Positions 47,278 through 56,658 are shown, numbered from the stretch's first letter. The stretch: DNA of 64,000 bases from Bdellovibrio sp. (GCA_036676395.1 JAKFCY010000002.1:1696001-1760000); one strand, 5' to 3'. Numbers and translations are program-made. The notes: a model not told the origin generated them from the sequence alone.

Positions 47278-47805
47278 TCAAAGGCGATAGGCCTTTTCAA
47301 GGCTTAAAGCCGCTGCAGAGGCATGGGCTGAGGTCAAAAATGGTGCTGTCACCAGCCCATGAATAAAAGCGTGAATAACAATGATGTCTTCTTCTGGTAA
47401 GTTTGAAAATATTTGTTTAAGCAAGGCTTGAAATTTCTTTTCGGTTTGTATCAATTCTAATTTTATCCACGAATCTTGGGTGCGCCACTTTTGATAAAAT
47501 AAAACAATCTCAAAGTTTTTTATTAAAAAATTACGCGTAAATTCAATGCGTTGATGAAATGGCATTGGCTTTTCTTCATCTCTGAAGCCGTAAAATTCAA
47601 AAGTAAAAATCTGTAACGAGTTTTTTAGTATTTCTTCTTTTGTGCTTCCCAAATAGCGATAAATCAATGAACGACTTACTTTTGATTTTGCCTCTAGCTC
47701 TGTGACTTTCCACTTTAAGTGCCCCTTGCTGGATTCAAGCTTTAAAACACTGACCGATAACTTTAGCAAAGTGGCTTCTTTTTTTGGTAATACGGTGGCT
47801 TTCAT
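47278..47805 (-). CDS. TetR/AcrR-like HTH regulator
   Basis: VTELEAKSKVSRSLIYRYLGSTKEEIL. Confidence 0.7.
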   Translation of the reverse strand: MKATVLPKKEATLLKLSVSVLKLESSKGHLKWKVTELEAKSKVSRSLIYRYLGSTKEEILKNSLQIFTFEFYGFRDEEKPMPFHQRIEFTRNFLIKNFEIVLFYQKWRTQDSWIKLELIQTEKKFQALLKQIFSNLPEEDIIVIHAFIHGLVTAPFLTSAHASAAALSLEKAYRL

Positions 47806-47924
47806 GATCCTATGATATGAAGCTCTGAGCCAAAAGAATAGGTCAAAAATCGCGAAAAGTGTAGACTCTATATTCTCGCAAAAAAAGCGTAAAATGCTAA
47901 CGTCTTAAAAAAAAGGAAGTTCCT

Positions 47925-48404
47925 ATGAAAAACATTTTAATCAGTTCAGTTGTACTAACATTTATCAGCATCAATGCTGCTGCCGCAGTGAGTGATAATC
48001 TTACACCTTTTGTAAGCTATTCAGGTAATTACACCGTGTTTGTTGAAACTGGCTCATATTGCTCGCAGGCTTATCAGTCTTTACAATTAGAAATTAAGCC
48101 AAATCAACAAACTGTTACCGAAACTTTCATAGGCGAGGGCGCTATGCACGGCCAACCGACAGCCGGCGTACAAGATTTTTCAGTCAGTGTAAATGACACC
48201 TACGAACTGCCAAGTTCTACAGGCCGCAGACTTCAGCGCGTCGTTGTAAAAAAACAAGCTATCATCGTTCAAGAGTCTACATTTGCTCCGCTTTTTGGCC
48301 TATTTGGAAAATGGAAAGACAACCAAGCTTTATTAACATTTCATAAAGATGGAGCTATCTCTGTTTACCGTGGTGGCTATAACTGTAAATTTATCAGAGA
48401 CTAA
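47925..48404 (+). CDS. Exported hypothetical protein
   Basis: AAGGA SD, signal peptide, two Cys. Confidence 0.72.
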   Translation: MKNILISSVVLTFISINAAAAVSDNLTPFVSYSGNYTVFVETGSYCSQAYQSLQLEIKPNQQTVTETFIGEGAMHGQPTAGVQDFSVSVNDTYELPSSTGRRLQRVVVKKQAIIVQESTFAPLFGLFGKWKDNQALLTFHKDGAISVYRGGYNCKFIRD

Positions 48405-49817
48405 TCACTTCATATAAGAGGCTTTATATTTACGACCCTTGATTTTATTTGTGGTGAGTTTTTGCAAGGCCTTGCCTGCGACAGAAAAAGAAACCGCCAC
48501 ATACGTAAATGTATCGTGAAGTTCGATTTTTCCGATATCAACAGCGGCGATGGCCTGGGGCTGCGAAGTCAGGGTGCCGATAATATCTCCGGGACGAAGT
48601 TTATCTTTACGGCCACCAGAAATATAAATCATTTTCATTTTTGGTTGCTGTAAGGTTTTTGCGATAACGGCTTTACCTTTTAAATTCAGTTCAAAACGAT
48701 TAAATGGTTTTCCGATCACCCGTTCAAGTTCTTCTACTTTAGTTGCCTCAAAAGCATCGGCAATTGAAACAGCAACACCTTTTTTACCAGCGCGGCCAGT
48801 GCGGCCAATACGATGAAGATAAATATCGGTCGTCGACGGTAAATCAAAATTAATTACTAATTCTAAATGATCGATATCAATTCCGCGGGCTGCTACATCT
48901 GTTGCAACCAATACACGCAAACTGCCACTGCGAAAACGAGCCATCGTCTGATCACGTTGCACCTGCTCAAGATCGCCATGCAATGCACTTGTTGCGACAT
49001 CAGCCTCACGCAAAAGTTCGTTGATTTCAGCAACAGAAGCTTTGGTGCGACAAAAAATCAAAACGCTGTTCGCTGGATGTTGTTGAAGAATTCGCATAAG
49101 AGTATCGATTTTTTCAGATTTTTCTGCAGTGTAAAGAAATTGTTCGATCAGCGGGGTAGATTTTGTTTCTTGCAAAACACTGACGGTCTCTGGATTTTTT
49201 TGATATTTCAAGCTCAGCTGTTCAATGCTTTCAGGAAAGGTCGCAGAAAAAAAGACAGTCTGTCTTTTTGAAGGTAATAGTTCAATAATTTGCGTGACCT
49301 CTTCAGTGAAGCCTTCATCTAACATTCGATCAGCTTCATCTAAGACCAAAGTTTTTAAATCTGACTGATCAAAAAGTCTATTTTTTAAAAACTCTAAAGT
49401 ACGCCCTGGAGTACCTACAATAATTTGTGCCCCCATTTCTAAAGACTTAATTTGTGCTGCCGAAGATTGGCCGCCAACTAAAGCCATTACTTGAATATTT
49501 TTAAGGCCTTTAGAAAATTTACGAATCTCTTGCAGAATTTGTTCACACAGTTCGCGGGTCGGAGCTAAAATTAAAGCTTGTGGGGTTTTATCGTCTTTAC
49601 GTATTTTTTGTAAAATCGGAAGCGCAAAAGCTGCAGTCTTGCCGCTTCCGGTTTGTGATCTTCCAACCAGATCATGGCCTTCTAATAAAAGAGGAATACT
49701 TGCCGCTTGAATCGGGGTCATTTGCACATAGCCCAAATTTTGGATCGAGGCTAAAATCTCTGCAGATAATTTTAAACGTTTGAAGCTGTTTGAATCCATT
49801 TCATTAATGTAATTCAA
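48405..49817 (-). CDS. dbpA: DEAD-box RNA helicase DbpA
   Basis: Q motif, QTGSGKT, PTREL, DEAD, SAT, HRIGRTGR; C-terminal GGRKDKLRPGDI RNA-binding domain. Confidence 0.9.
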   Translation of the reverse strand: MNYINEMDSNSFKRLKLSAEILASIQNLGYVQMTPIQAASIPLLLEGHDLVGRSQTGSGKTAAFALPILQKIRKDDKTPQALILAPTRELCEQILQEIRKFSKGLKNIQVMALVGGQSSAAQIKSLEMGAQIIVGTPGRTLEFLKNRLFDQSDLKTLVLDEADRMLDEGFTEEVTQIIELLPSKRQTVFFSATFPESIEQLSLKYQKNPETVSVLQETKSTPLIEQFLYTAEKSEKIDTLMRILQQHPANSVLIFCRTKASVAEINELLREADVATSALHGDLEQVQRDQTMARFRSGSLRVLVATDVAARGIDIDHLELVINFDLPSTTDIYLHRIGRTGRAGKKGVAVSIADAFEATKVEELERVIGKPFNRFELNLKGKAVIAKTLQQPKMKMIYISGGRKDKLRPGDIIGTLTSQPQAIAAVDIGKIELHDTFTYVAVSFSVAGKALQKLTTNKIKGRKYKASYMK

Positions 49818-49918
49818 ATAATGCAGTATAGATAATGTTTTTACCCTAAATCTGTGGTTTTTTGGGACAAATTTCTGGTTAAAAGCCTACACTAATAATT
49901 GCAGTTTAAAGTCGCTAA

Positions 49919-50425
49919 ATGTCAGAAATAAACATACGACAACTTACAGAAAATGATTGGCCCTTGTACCGCGAAATTCGCTTAGAAGCCCTTGCGCACG
50001 AGCCTGAGTTTTTTACGACCTGCGAAAATGAAGCAAACTTTATTTCAGAAAACTGGATTGAACATATAACCAATAAAAATGGGGCTATATTTGGGTTATT
50101 TCACAAAGGCCAGATTATTGGGGTTACCAGTATTCATCGCGAAAACGATGACCCCAAAAGCTACCGCGCCTGGATGGGATCAAGCTACATTAAACCCGAA
50201 TTTCGTGGCAATCATTTATCCGATTTACTTTTTGAGACCCGAATCGAATGGGCAAAAAAACAAGGCAACATCATTGCCTTAGTCGTAGCTCATCGTGAAA
50301 ACAATCAGGTTTCGAAAAAAGCTATTCAACATAATGGGTTTAAGTTTATTGGTTCACGCACAAAAACTTACTTAGACGGAAAACCCGCAGCATCTTTAGT
50401 TTACGAACGTGATTTAACTAAGTAA
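49919..50425 (+). CDS. GNAT family N-acetyltransferase
   Basis: REIRLEAL, YIKPEFRGNHLS, N...K...HNGF. Confidence 0.85.
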   Translation: MSEINIRQLTENDWPLYREIRLEALAHEPEFFTTCENEANFISENWIEHITNKNGAIFGLFHKGQIIGVTSIHRENDDPKSYRAWMGSSYIKPEFRGNHLSDLLFETRIEWAKKQGNIIALVVAHRENNQVSKKAIQHNGFKFIGSRTKTYLDGKPAASLVYERDLTK

Positions 50426-50431
50426 GAATCC

Positions 50432-52759
50432 TTATAAGCCTGTCTTTTTCAATCTCAATGCATTTGCAATAACTGAAACAGAACTTAAACTCATGGCCGC
50501 TGCAGCTATCATCGGACTTAAAAGAACTCCGAAGTAGGGATAAAGAACACCTGCTGCGACAGGAACTCCTAAAGCATTATAAAAAAATGCAAAAAATAAA
50601 TTTTGCCTGATATTTCTGATAGTTCCTTCACTTAAAGCGCGCGCCCGCACGAGGCCAACCAGATCGCCCTTGATCAAAGTAATTCCGGCGCTTTGTATGG
50701 CCACATCTGTACCTGTACCCATAGCAATTCCCACCTGGGCTTGAGCTAATGCGGGAGCATCGTTAATTCCGTCGCCGGCCATTCCTACAAATCTTCCTTC
50801 AGCCTGCAATTTTTTAACAATGTCGGCTTTGCCTTGCGGCAAAACGTCTGCGAAATAACCATTAAGACCAACTTTATCTGCCACGACCTTAGCTGTCTTT
50901 TCGTTATCACCAGTAATCATTACAACTTTAACTCCAGCTTTACGTAATTGCTGAATAGCTGCGATCGTCGTCTCTTTGATGGGGTCGATGACTCCTAATA
51001 GCCCTGCGATCTTTCCATCGATCGCGACATACATGACTGTTTGCCCATCGCTGCGCAGTGAATTTGCTTCTGTTTCACTGTTGTCTAATGAAATTCCTAA
51101 ACCAGTAATTAGAGCTTTATTACCAATGGCTATTTTTTTACCTGAGATTACAGCAGTTGCACCCTTACCCGTAACCGATTTAAAATCTTCAACCGGCAAT
51201 AGAGAAATTTGTTTTTCTTTTGCTCCGTTTACTATCGCTGCGGCCAAGGGGTGTTCGCTGGCTCGTTCAAGACTTGCTGATAGCGAGAGAAGTTCTGTAT
51301 CAGTTAAAGAAAATGATCTTACAGTTACAAGTTTTGGTTTTCCTAAAGTTAAAGTTCCAGTTTTATCAATTACAAGCGTATCCACTTTTCTCATCAGTTC
51401 GATAGCTTCTGCATTTTTGAATAACACGCCCATCGTGGCGCCTCTGCCTGTGGCAACCATGATCGACATCGGAGTAGCCAACCCTAGCGCACACGGGCAG
51501 GCAATGATTAAAACAGCTACTGCATTGATGATCGCATGGGCGATCTTTGGTTCAGGCCCCCAAAAAGACCACACGGCAAAGGTAATCACTGCAGAAAAAA
51601 TAACCGCCGGCACAAAATACGCCGAGACCTGATCCACTAATTTTTGAATTGGTGCTCTTGATCTCTGCGCTTCTGCGACCATGTGAACTATTTGCGACAG
51701 TAAAGTATCTTTTCCAACTTTTTCGGCGCCGATAACTATTGATCCGGTGCCATTGATAGTTGCACCGATAACTTTGGTGTTGATCGTTTTTGCAACCGGA
51801 AAAGATTCTCCGGTAACCATTGATTCATCAATCGAAGTTTCTCCAACTAGAACGACTCCATCGACCGGAACTTTCTCTCCGGGCCTTACTCTTAGTTTAT
51901 CTCCAACTTGAATCAATTCAAGTGGTACATCTTTTTCAGTACCATCAGCAAATATTTTTCGTGCTTCTTTCGGAGCAAGTTGAAGCAGAGATTTTATTGC
52001 GGCACTGGTTTGGCCGCGGGCTTTTAGCTCTAAGACCTGACCTAAAAGAACCAGAGCCACAATCACTGATGCAGCTTCAAAATACAAACCTACTTCGCCA
52101 GACATCGGATCCAAAAAAGAATCCGGAAAAATATTCGGAAATAAAACCGCCACAAAACTATAAAGATAAGCCACGGCAACTCCGAGGCCAATCAAAGTAA
52201 ACATATTCAAGGATTTATTTTTTAGCGACTGCCAAAATTTTTCAAAAAAGGGCCAGCCACACCAAAGCACGACAGGAGTCGCAAGTGCTAATTCAACATA
52301 TTTAAAAAAACCGTGCGCGTTAGAAAAAAAATGTTTTCCGCCCATAGCTAAAAACACAAGTGGAAGACTGAGTAAAGCGCTTATCCAAAACCGCTTTTTC
52401 ATAATAAGATATTCAGAATTATCATCTTCTTGATTTGCCGATAACTCTGCAGGCTCTAAGGCCATTCCGCAAATGGGGCAACTGCCAGGGCCCTTTTGTC
52501 TAATCTCGGGATGCATAGGACAGGTATATTCAACATCGCTTTGAGCTGGTTTTTGCTTTTCTTCAGACGATAAATATCTCTGCGGTTCTTGTTCAAACTT
52601 GCTCTTACATTTAATGCTGCAAAAGTGATAGTCGTGGCCTTGAAAAACAACGTGACCGCCTTTTGCATTTTGCGGATTAACTTTCATACCACAAACAGGA
52701 TCAGTAACAGTTCCAGACTGAGCATAATTTGAATGTTGATGAGACGCGTGTTCGTTCAT
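50432..52759 (-). CDS. copA: Cu(I)-translocating P1B-ATPase with YHS and heavy-metal-binding domains
   Basis: DPVCGM, YTCPMHP, TGES, CPCALGLATP, DKTGT, SEHP, GDGIND, YN and MxxSS TM ligands. Confidence 0.93.
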   Translation of the reverse strand: MNEHASHQHSNYAQSGTVTDPVCGMKVNPQNAKGGHVVFQGHDYHFCSIKCKSKFEQEPQRYLSSEEKQKPAQSDVEYTCPMHPEIRQKGPGSCPICGMALEPAELSANQEDDNSEYLIMKKRFWISALLSLPLVFLAMGGKHFFSNAHGFFKYVELALATPVVLWCGWPFFEKFWQSLKNKSLNMFTLIGLGVAVAYLYSFVAVLFPNIFPDSFLDPMSGEVGLYFEAASVIVALVLLGQVLELKARGQTSAAIKSLLQLAPKEARKIFADGTEKDVPLELIQVGDKLRVRPGEKVPVDGVVLVGETSIDESMVTGESFPVAKTINTKVIGATINGTGSIVIGAEKVGKDTLLSQIVHMVAEAQRSRAPIQKLVDQVSAYFVPAVIFSAVITFAVWSFWGPEPKIAHAIINAVAVLIIACPCALGLATPMSIMVATGRGATMGVLFKNAEAIELMRKVDTLVIDKTGTLTLGKPKLVTVRSFSLTDTELLSLSASLERASEHPLAAAIVNGAKEKQISLLPVEDFKSVTGKGATAVISGKKIAIGNKALITGLGISLDNSETEANSLRSDGQTVMYVAIDGKIAGLLGVIDPIKETTIAAIQQLRKAGVKVVMITGDNEKTAKVVADKVGLNGYFADVLPQGKADIVKKLQAEGRFVGMAGDGINDAPALAQAQVGIAMGTGTDVAIQSAGITLIKGDLVGLVRARALSEGTIRNIRQNLFFAFFYNALGVPVAAGVLYPYFGVLLSPMIAAAAMSLSSVSVIANALRLKKTGL

Positions 52760-52790
52760 ATTTTTCCTTTATCGAGATAATATTATTGGT

Positions 52791-52812
52791 AGCAAGTGGC
52801 ATACCGCGTGCA
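52791..52812. promoter_or_regulatory. Overlapping divergent sigma54-type motifs
   Basis: Minus CGGTATGCCACTTGCT (52791-52806); plus TGGCATACCGCGTGCA (52797-52812). Confidence 0.45.
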
Positions 52813-52865
52813 AGTAGAGCTATAAACGAACTCATGAATTGTTAAAGATCATCTCATGAAAAACT

Positions 52866-52903
52866 TGTGACGATTTGTCATTTTTAACCGACAAATCGTC
52901 ACA
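52866..52903. promoter_or_regulatory. Perfect 14-bp inverted repeat, CusR/CopR-box-like operator
   Basis: tgtgacgatttgtc-N10-gacaaatcgtcaca; left arm continues as TTGTCATTTT. Confidence 0.6.
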
Positions 52904-52923
52904 TAAAATATAAAGGAAAAACC

Positions 52924-53193
52924 ATGAATCAAACAATAAAATCAGCTCTAGCGGCTTTTGCATTAACTGGACTACTGACTGTTGTAAGCAGCGCCGACGA
53001 AGTAAAAAAAGACGACAAGTCTGAAATGGGTATGATGCAAAAAATGGATATGAAACACATGCACAGCATGATGGACGAATGCATGAATACGCAGAAAGAT
53101 AAAAAAATGTGTAAACACGACATGATGGAAAAATGCGAAAAACAAATGTCTAAAGACGAATGCACTAAAATGATGAAAAAAGTTAAAAAATAA
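52924..53193 (+). CDS. Small exported Met/Cys/His-rich protein (candidate copper binder)
   Basis: AAGGA SD, signal peptide, 15 Met, 4 Cys, 3 His in the mature part. Confidence 0.78.
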   Translation: MNQTIKSALAAFALTGLLTVVSSADEVKKDDKSEMGMMQKMDMKHMHSMMDECMNTQKDKKMCKHDMMEKCEKQMSKDECTKMMKKVKK

Positions 53194-53216
53194 ATTCTCG
53201 TGGTTGATGTTATAAA

Positions 53217-53717
53217 CTAAATCAGCGTTTTAAGAATTTTATCAACTGAAGGGCCCACGCGCTCACAAAGACGCGTAAGCTCTTTAGCTAATTGAGTTTC
53301 AAATTTTTCATCTGTAGCATCCAGATACTTTGTAAACGGCTGTTGACCGTATTTACCCGTTCTGAACTCATAACCTTCCCATGACGAAACTTCATCATAG
53401 ATTTGATCCACCAAGGGTTTGGCGAATTCTTTACGTGAAATTTTCGTTCCAGGAATTTCATCAGCATGAAGCGCATGTAACGTTACATAGGTCTTTTTTT
53501 GTTTTTTAGGGTTTAAATCAAAATAAGATTCAAAGTGAATCCCCTGACGTTCGTCATTAAACCAATTCTTTTTAAAAACCTGTAAAGTTACTCCATCTGG
53601 ATTTTTTGCCGGAAATGGATGAACTGAAACGATCCAACGATCTTTTTTAAACCAAGGTTTGGCTTGAAGTAATTTTTCGACTTTTTTAAAACGCGAGATT
53701 AAATCGTCTATTTGCAT
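53217..53717 (-). CDS. Hypothetical protein
   Basis: 166-aa ORF with W.N...GIHFE; no family recognised. Confidence 0.7.
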   Translation of the reverse strand: MQIDDLISRFKKVEKLLQAKPWFKKDRWIVSVHPFPAKNPDGVTLQVFKKNWFNDERQGIHFESYFDLNPKKQKKTYVTLHALHADEIPGTKISRKEFAKPLVDQIYDEVSSWEGYEFRTGKYGQQPFTKYLDATDEKFETQLAKELTRLCERVGPSVDKILKTLI

Positions 53718-53729
53718 GAGCTTGATGTA

Positions 53730-54080
53730 TCAGTATTCGCTATCATTTGCCAGCAACTGCTGAGGTAAATTCTTAAACGACTTAACTTTTACACCTTTAA
53801 ACTCTAAAACCCAGTAACGGTCAAAATTCTTACCCCATGCGATAGGAGCATTAGCTGCCCCAAACTGATGTGCAATATCAGCCAGCGTCTCATGCTGCCA
53901 GGCAACCAGAACCACTTGGCCATCGTATCTATCGTCATGCGATAACATCTGCACTAAATCTGTAACTTCGTCTCGAGTAAAAGGTGTCTGAATCTGCAAA
54001 CCGAGCGCACTAGATAGCGGTTGCAAAGTTTGAATAGAACGAATAGATCCCTTTTTTTTATGCGGCTTTAATGTGGCTGT
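53730..54080 (-). pseudogene. 5'-truncated histidine phosphatase (PGM-like) gene fragment
   Basis: Frame continues upstream as ...KKGSIRSIQTLQPL and contains VLVAWQH, but meets in-frame TAG at 54081-54083 with no RHG-type N-terminus. Confidence 0.6.
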
Positions 54081-54293
54081 CTATTCATTTGACGGTCTAC
54101 AGTTTTATGTCTTTTTTTAGTGTTTTCTCGAGATAACAGGCATGAAAAATCAGACACAATTTGTGAGTTAAACCATGAATAAATTGCTATTAATTTCATT
54201 TATCATAATCCAATAGTTTATGAATTATCTTAATTATTTTGTAAGGGGTATTTCATCATTTAAGAACAACCTTAACTGACAAAGGAAAACAAA

Positions 54294-54734
54294 ATGAAAA
54301 AATTATTAGTTATCTTAACAGGTACCCTATTAACACTAACATCAACTGCGCAAGCTAGAAACTCAGTACACACAGTTACTCTTGAAAGCAAAGCGATCGA
54401 TTTAGCGATCAACAGCGAGTCAGCTCACTTCAGAGTTAACTACCCTGGCCTTGGAAATCGTGCTGTTTGCTCTCTTGAACTTCAGGTAAGCCCGTTCAAC
54501 TATGTATCATCAGCAGGTCTTAATGACATTTTAGTTGTTGAAGAAACTTTCGCTCACCAAGTGACCCCGTTAACAATCGTTGATTCAAAATCAGCAAGCA
54601 TTGAATTAGAACGTAATTTGTACGTAACCCAAGTTTCTATTTCAACTCGCGATGGCCGCACATTGCGCGAAGCTTTAAAAGATCTTGGAATCTACAAAGG
54701 TTACTTAAAATTAGTTGGCCGCGGTTGCCAGTAA
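54294..54734 (+). CDS. Exported hypothetical protein
   Basis: AAGGA SD, signal ending AQA, two Cys. Confidence 0.75.
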   Translation: MKKLLVILTGTLLTLTSTAQARNSVHTVTLESKAIDLAINSESAHFRVNYPGLGNRAVCSLELQVSPFNYVSSAGLNDILVVEETFAHQVTPLTIVDSKSASIELERNLYVTQVSISTRDGRTLREALKDLGIYKGYLKLVGRGCQ

Positions 54735-54739
54735 ACAAG

Positions 54740-55774
54740 TCATTGCGAATGTATCGCTCTCTCACTCATATCATGTAATACATCTTTGAGTGTTTCGATC
54801 ACAGGACGAAACTGAAGCGAGAGTTCATTTTGACTTTTTGAATGATCGAAGGTTGATTTACCCGCTTCTTTGTTAAGTAACTTGACCGACCCTAAGCCAA
54901 GCAACACCGGGCGACCCGTAAGGCGCGCGTAGGCTTCGCTTAATAACGCTATTACATAGAGCAAGCGAAATGGAATTGGCTTGGATGGTCCACGAACCCC
55001 AGAAACATTTTGCAACTCCAGTATCAGTTCCTTCATATTCATATTGCGACCAGCGGCAAGATAACGCTCGCCAGGTCTACCAAGCTTAGCAACTTGAATC
55101 TGTGCCCAGGCGACATCGCGAGCATCGACGACACTGAATGTGCCCGGAGGAATTCCAGGAAGCTTTTTATTTAAAAAATCTTGAACAAACTGACCTGATG
55201 ACGTGGGTCCTAAATCGCCTGGCCCAAACATCCATCCCGGCAGCACGAAACTAATACGCATGTCAGGGTGAGTCTTTAAGAAATCACGAACGGTGTTTTC
55301 TGATAAAATTTTACTTCTATAGTAGTCATCCGCGTCTTCAACTTTTCTACTCATGGTCTCGTCAATGGGAAAACCAGAAGGCCCGTCAAGAACTGCTATT
55401 GAAGAAGTATGAACCACTCGGTGAATTCCCGCTTTATAAGAAGCCTCGAGAAGCTGCTTTGTGCCCTCGACATTGATTTTATATAACTCGTCCCAGTGTT
55501 TGCCGCCCTTATAGTTGTCGCGAAAAAAAGCGGCGGTGTGAAATAGCACATCCGATCCTTGAAGATGTTTTGCAAAGCTATTGATATCGGTCATATCGCC
55601 AACGATGATTTCAACATCGAGGCCCTTGAACTGAGCCTTTGCTTTGGACTCAGATCGTGCCAGTGCTTTCACCCGAACTCCCTGCTTTAAAAGCAGACGT
55701 ACCAGGTTATTGCCCAAAAGGCCTGTAGCGCCAGTGACGAAAGCCGTATTAAAATCTTGCATTTTGCTCTCCAT
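54740..55774 (-). CDS. NAD-dependent epimerase/dehydratase (dihydroflavonol reductase-like extended SDR)
   Basis: VTGATGLLG, FHTAA, HTSS, YYRSK, VVDARDVA. Confidence 0.9.
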   Translation of the reverse strand: MESKMQDFNTAFVTGATGLLGNNLVRLLLKQGVRVKALARSESKAKAQFKGLDVEIIVGDMTDINSFAKHLQGSDVLFHTAAFFRDNYKGGKHWDELYKINVEGTKQLLEASYKAGIHRVVHTSSIAVLDGPSGFPIDETMSRKVEDADDYYRSKILSENTVRDFLKTHPDMRISFVLPGWMFGPGDLGPTSSGQFVQDFLNKKLPGIPPGTFSVVDARDVAWAQIQVAKLGRPGERYLAAGRNMNMKELILELQNVSGVRGPSKPIPFRLLYVIALLSEAYARLTGRPVLLGLGSVKLLNKEAGKSTFDHSKSQNELSLQFRPVIETLKDVLHDMSERAIHSQ

Positions 55775-55789
55775 TCATACTAATATGTA

Positions 55790-55832
55790 TTCAGATACCT
55801 TTAGGTATATTAAATACCAAAAGGTATCTGAA
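55790..55832. promoter_or_regulatory. Twin palindromic operator between the SDR and TetR genes
   Basis: ttcagATACCtttaGGTAT-attaa-ATACCaaaaGGTATctgaa. Confidence 0.75.
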
Positions 55833-55869
55833 ATGCAAGTTTTTATTTTATGACTGCGAGGTGTGTTTC

Positions 55870-56478
55870 ATGGCGAGATTAACAAGAGAAGAAAGTAAGC
55901 TTAAAACACGTCAGATGCTACTGGCGGCGGCTAAAGCAGAGTTTGCCAATGTGGGTTTTGGTGGTGCATCGGCTGATGTCATCGCAGAGAACGCAGGATT
56001 TTCAAAGGGTGCCTTTTATGCAAACTTTGAATCTAAGGAAGACGTTTTTCTGGAGCTTTTAAAAAGTCATATGGACCTGGAAGCTCAGGCCATCCATCAA
56101 TTGATTCAAGTCAGTTCAACAACCAAGCAAATTTATAGTGGTATTGAATCTTGGTTTTTGGCGATGCAAAAAGATGCTGATTGGAAGCTTTTGTCTGTCG
56201 AGCTAGCTCTGCACGCAAAACGGAATGCTGAATTTGGAAAGAAATTCGATGAAGCTCAAGATCATCATCGTAAAGAACTAGGAAAGCTCATTAAATTATT
56301 CTTTGACGGCGAAAAAAAGAAATCCCCTGAAAAGCCCGAACGCTTAGCCGGTGCACTGATGGGATTATCACATGGCCTGGGCTTGGTGAAAACATCCAAG
56401 GATGATTCTGATAATATTGCAGGAAAAATCACCGTCTTATTTCTTAAAGGTTTGCTGGAGATAGCCGAGAACAAATGA
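55870..56478 (+). CDS. TetR/AcrR family regulator
   Basis: IAENAGFSKGAFYANFESKEDVF; GAGGTG SD before ATG 55870. Confidence 0.92.
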   Translation: MARLTREESKLKTRQMLLAAAKAEFANVGFGGASADVIAENAGFSKGAFYANFESKEDVFLELLKSHMDLEAQAIHQLIQVSSTTKQIYSGIESWFLAMQKDADWKLLSVELALHAKRNAEFGKKFDEAQDHHRKELGKLIKLFFDGEKKKSPEKPERLAGALMGLSHGLGLVKTSKDDSDNIAGKITVLFLKGLLEIAENK

Positions 56479-56515
56479 GCGGATCCCTGCTTGTTGTAAA
56501 TAATTAATTTCAGAC

Positions 56516-56548
56516 AAAAAAAATCCCAAGTTTTAAGGCTTGGGATTT
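56516..56548 (-). terminator. Intrinsic terminator after tRNA-Leu (possibly bidirectional)
   Basis: aaatcccaag/cttgggattt stem with A-run 56516-56523. Confidence 0.75.
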
Positions 56549-56566
56549 AAGATTCAGAATTAAAAA

Positions 56567-56658
56567 TGGTGCCCCGGGCCGGACTTGAACCGGCACGCCC
56601 GTGTTAACGAAGCTCAGGATTTTAAGTCCTGTGTGTCTACCAATTTCACCACCGGGGC
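56567..56658 (-). tRNA. tRNA-Leu (anticodon TAA)
   Basis: GCCCCGG acceptor stem, D-loop AATTGGTAG, CAGGA-CTTAAAA-TCCTG anticodon arm, long variable arm, GGTTCAAGTCC, encoded ACCA end. Confidence 0.96.

Noticed and set aside
50976..51632. 218-aa antisense ORF within copA
   Set aside because: Typical antisense shadow of a conserved gene.
56567..56600. Integrative element or prophage at tRNA-Leu
   Set aside because: No integrase, phage gene or second copy of the tRNA 3' end was seen by eye in this window.
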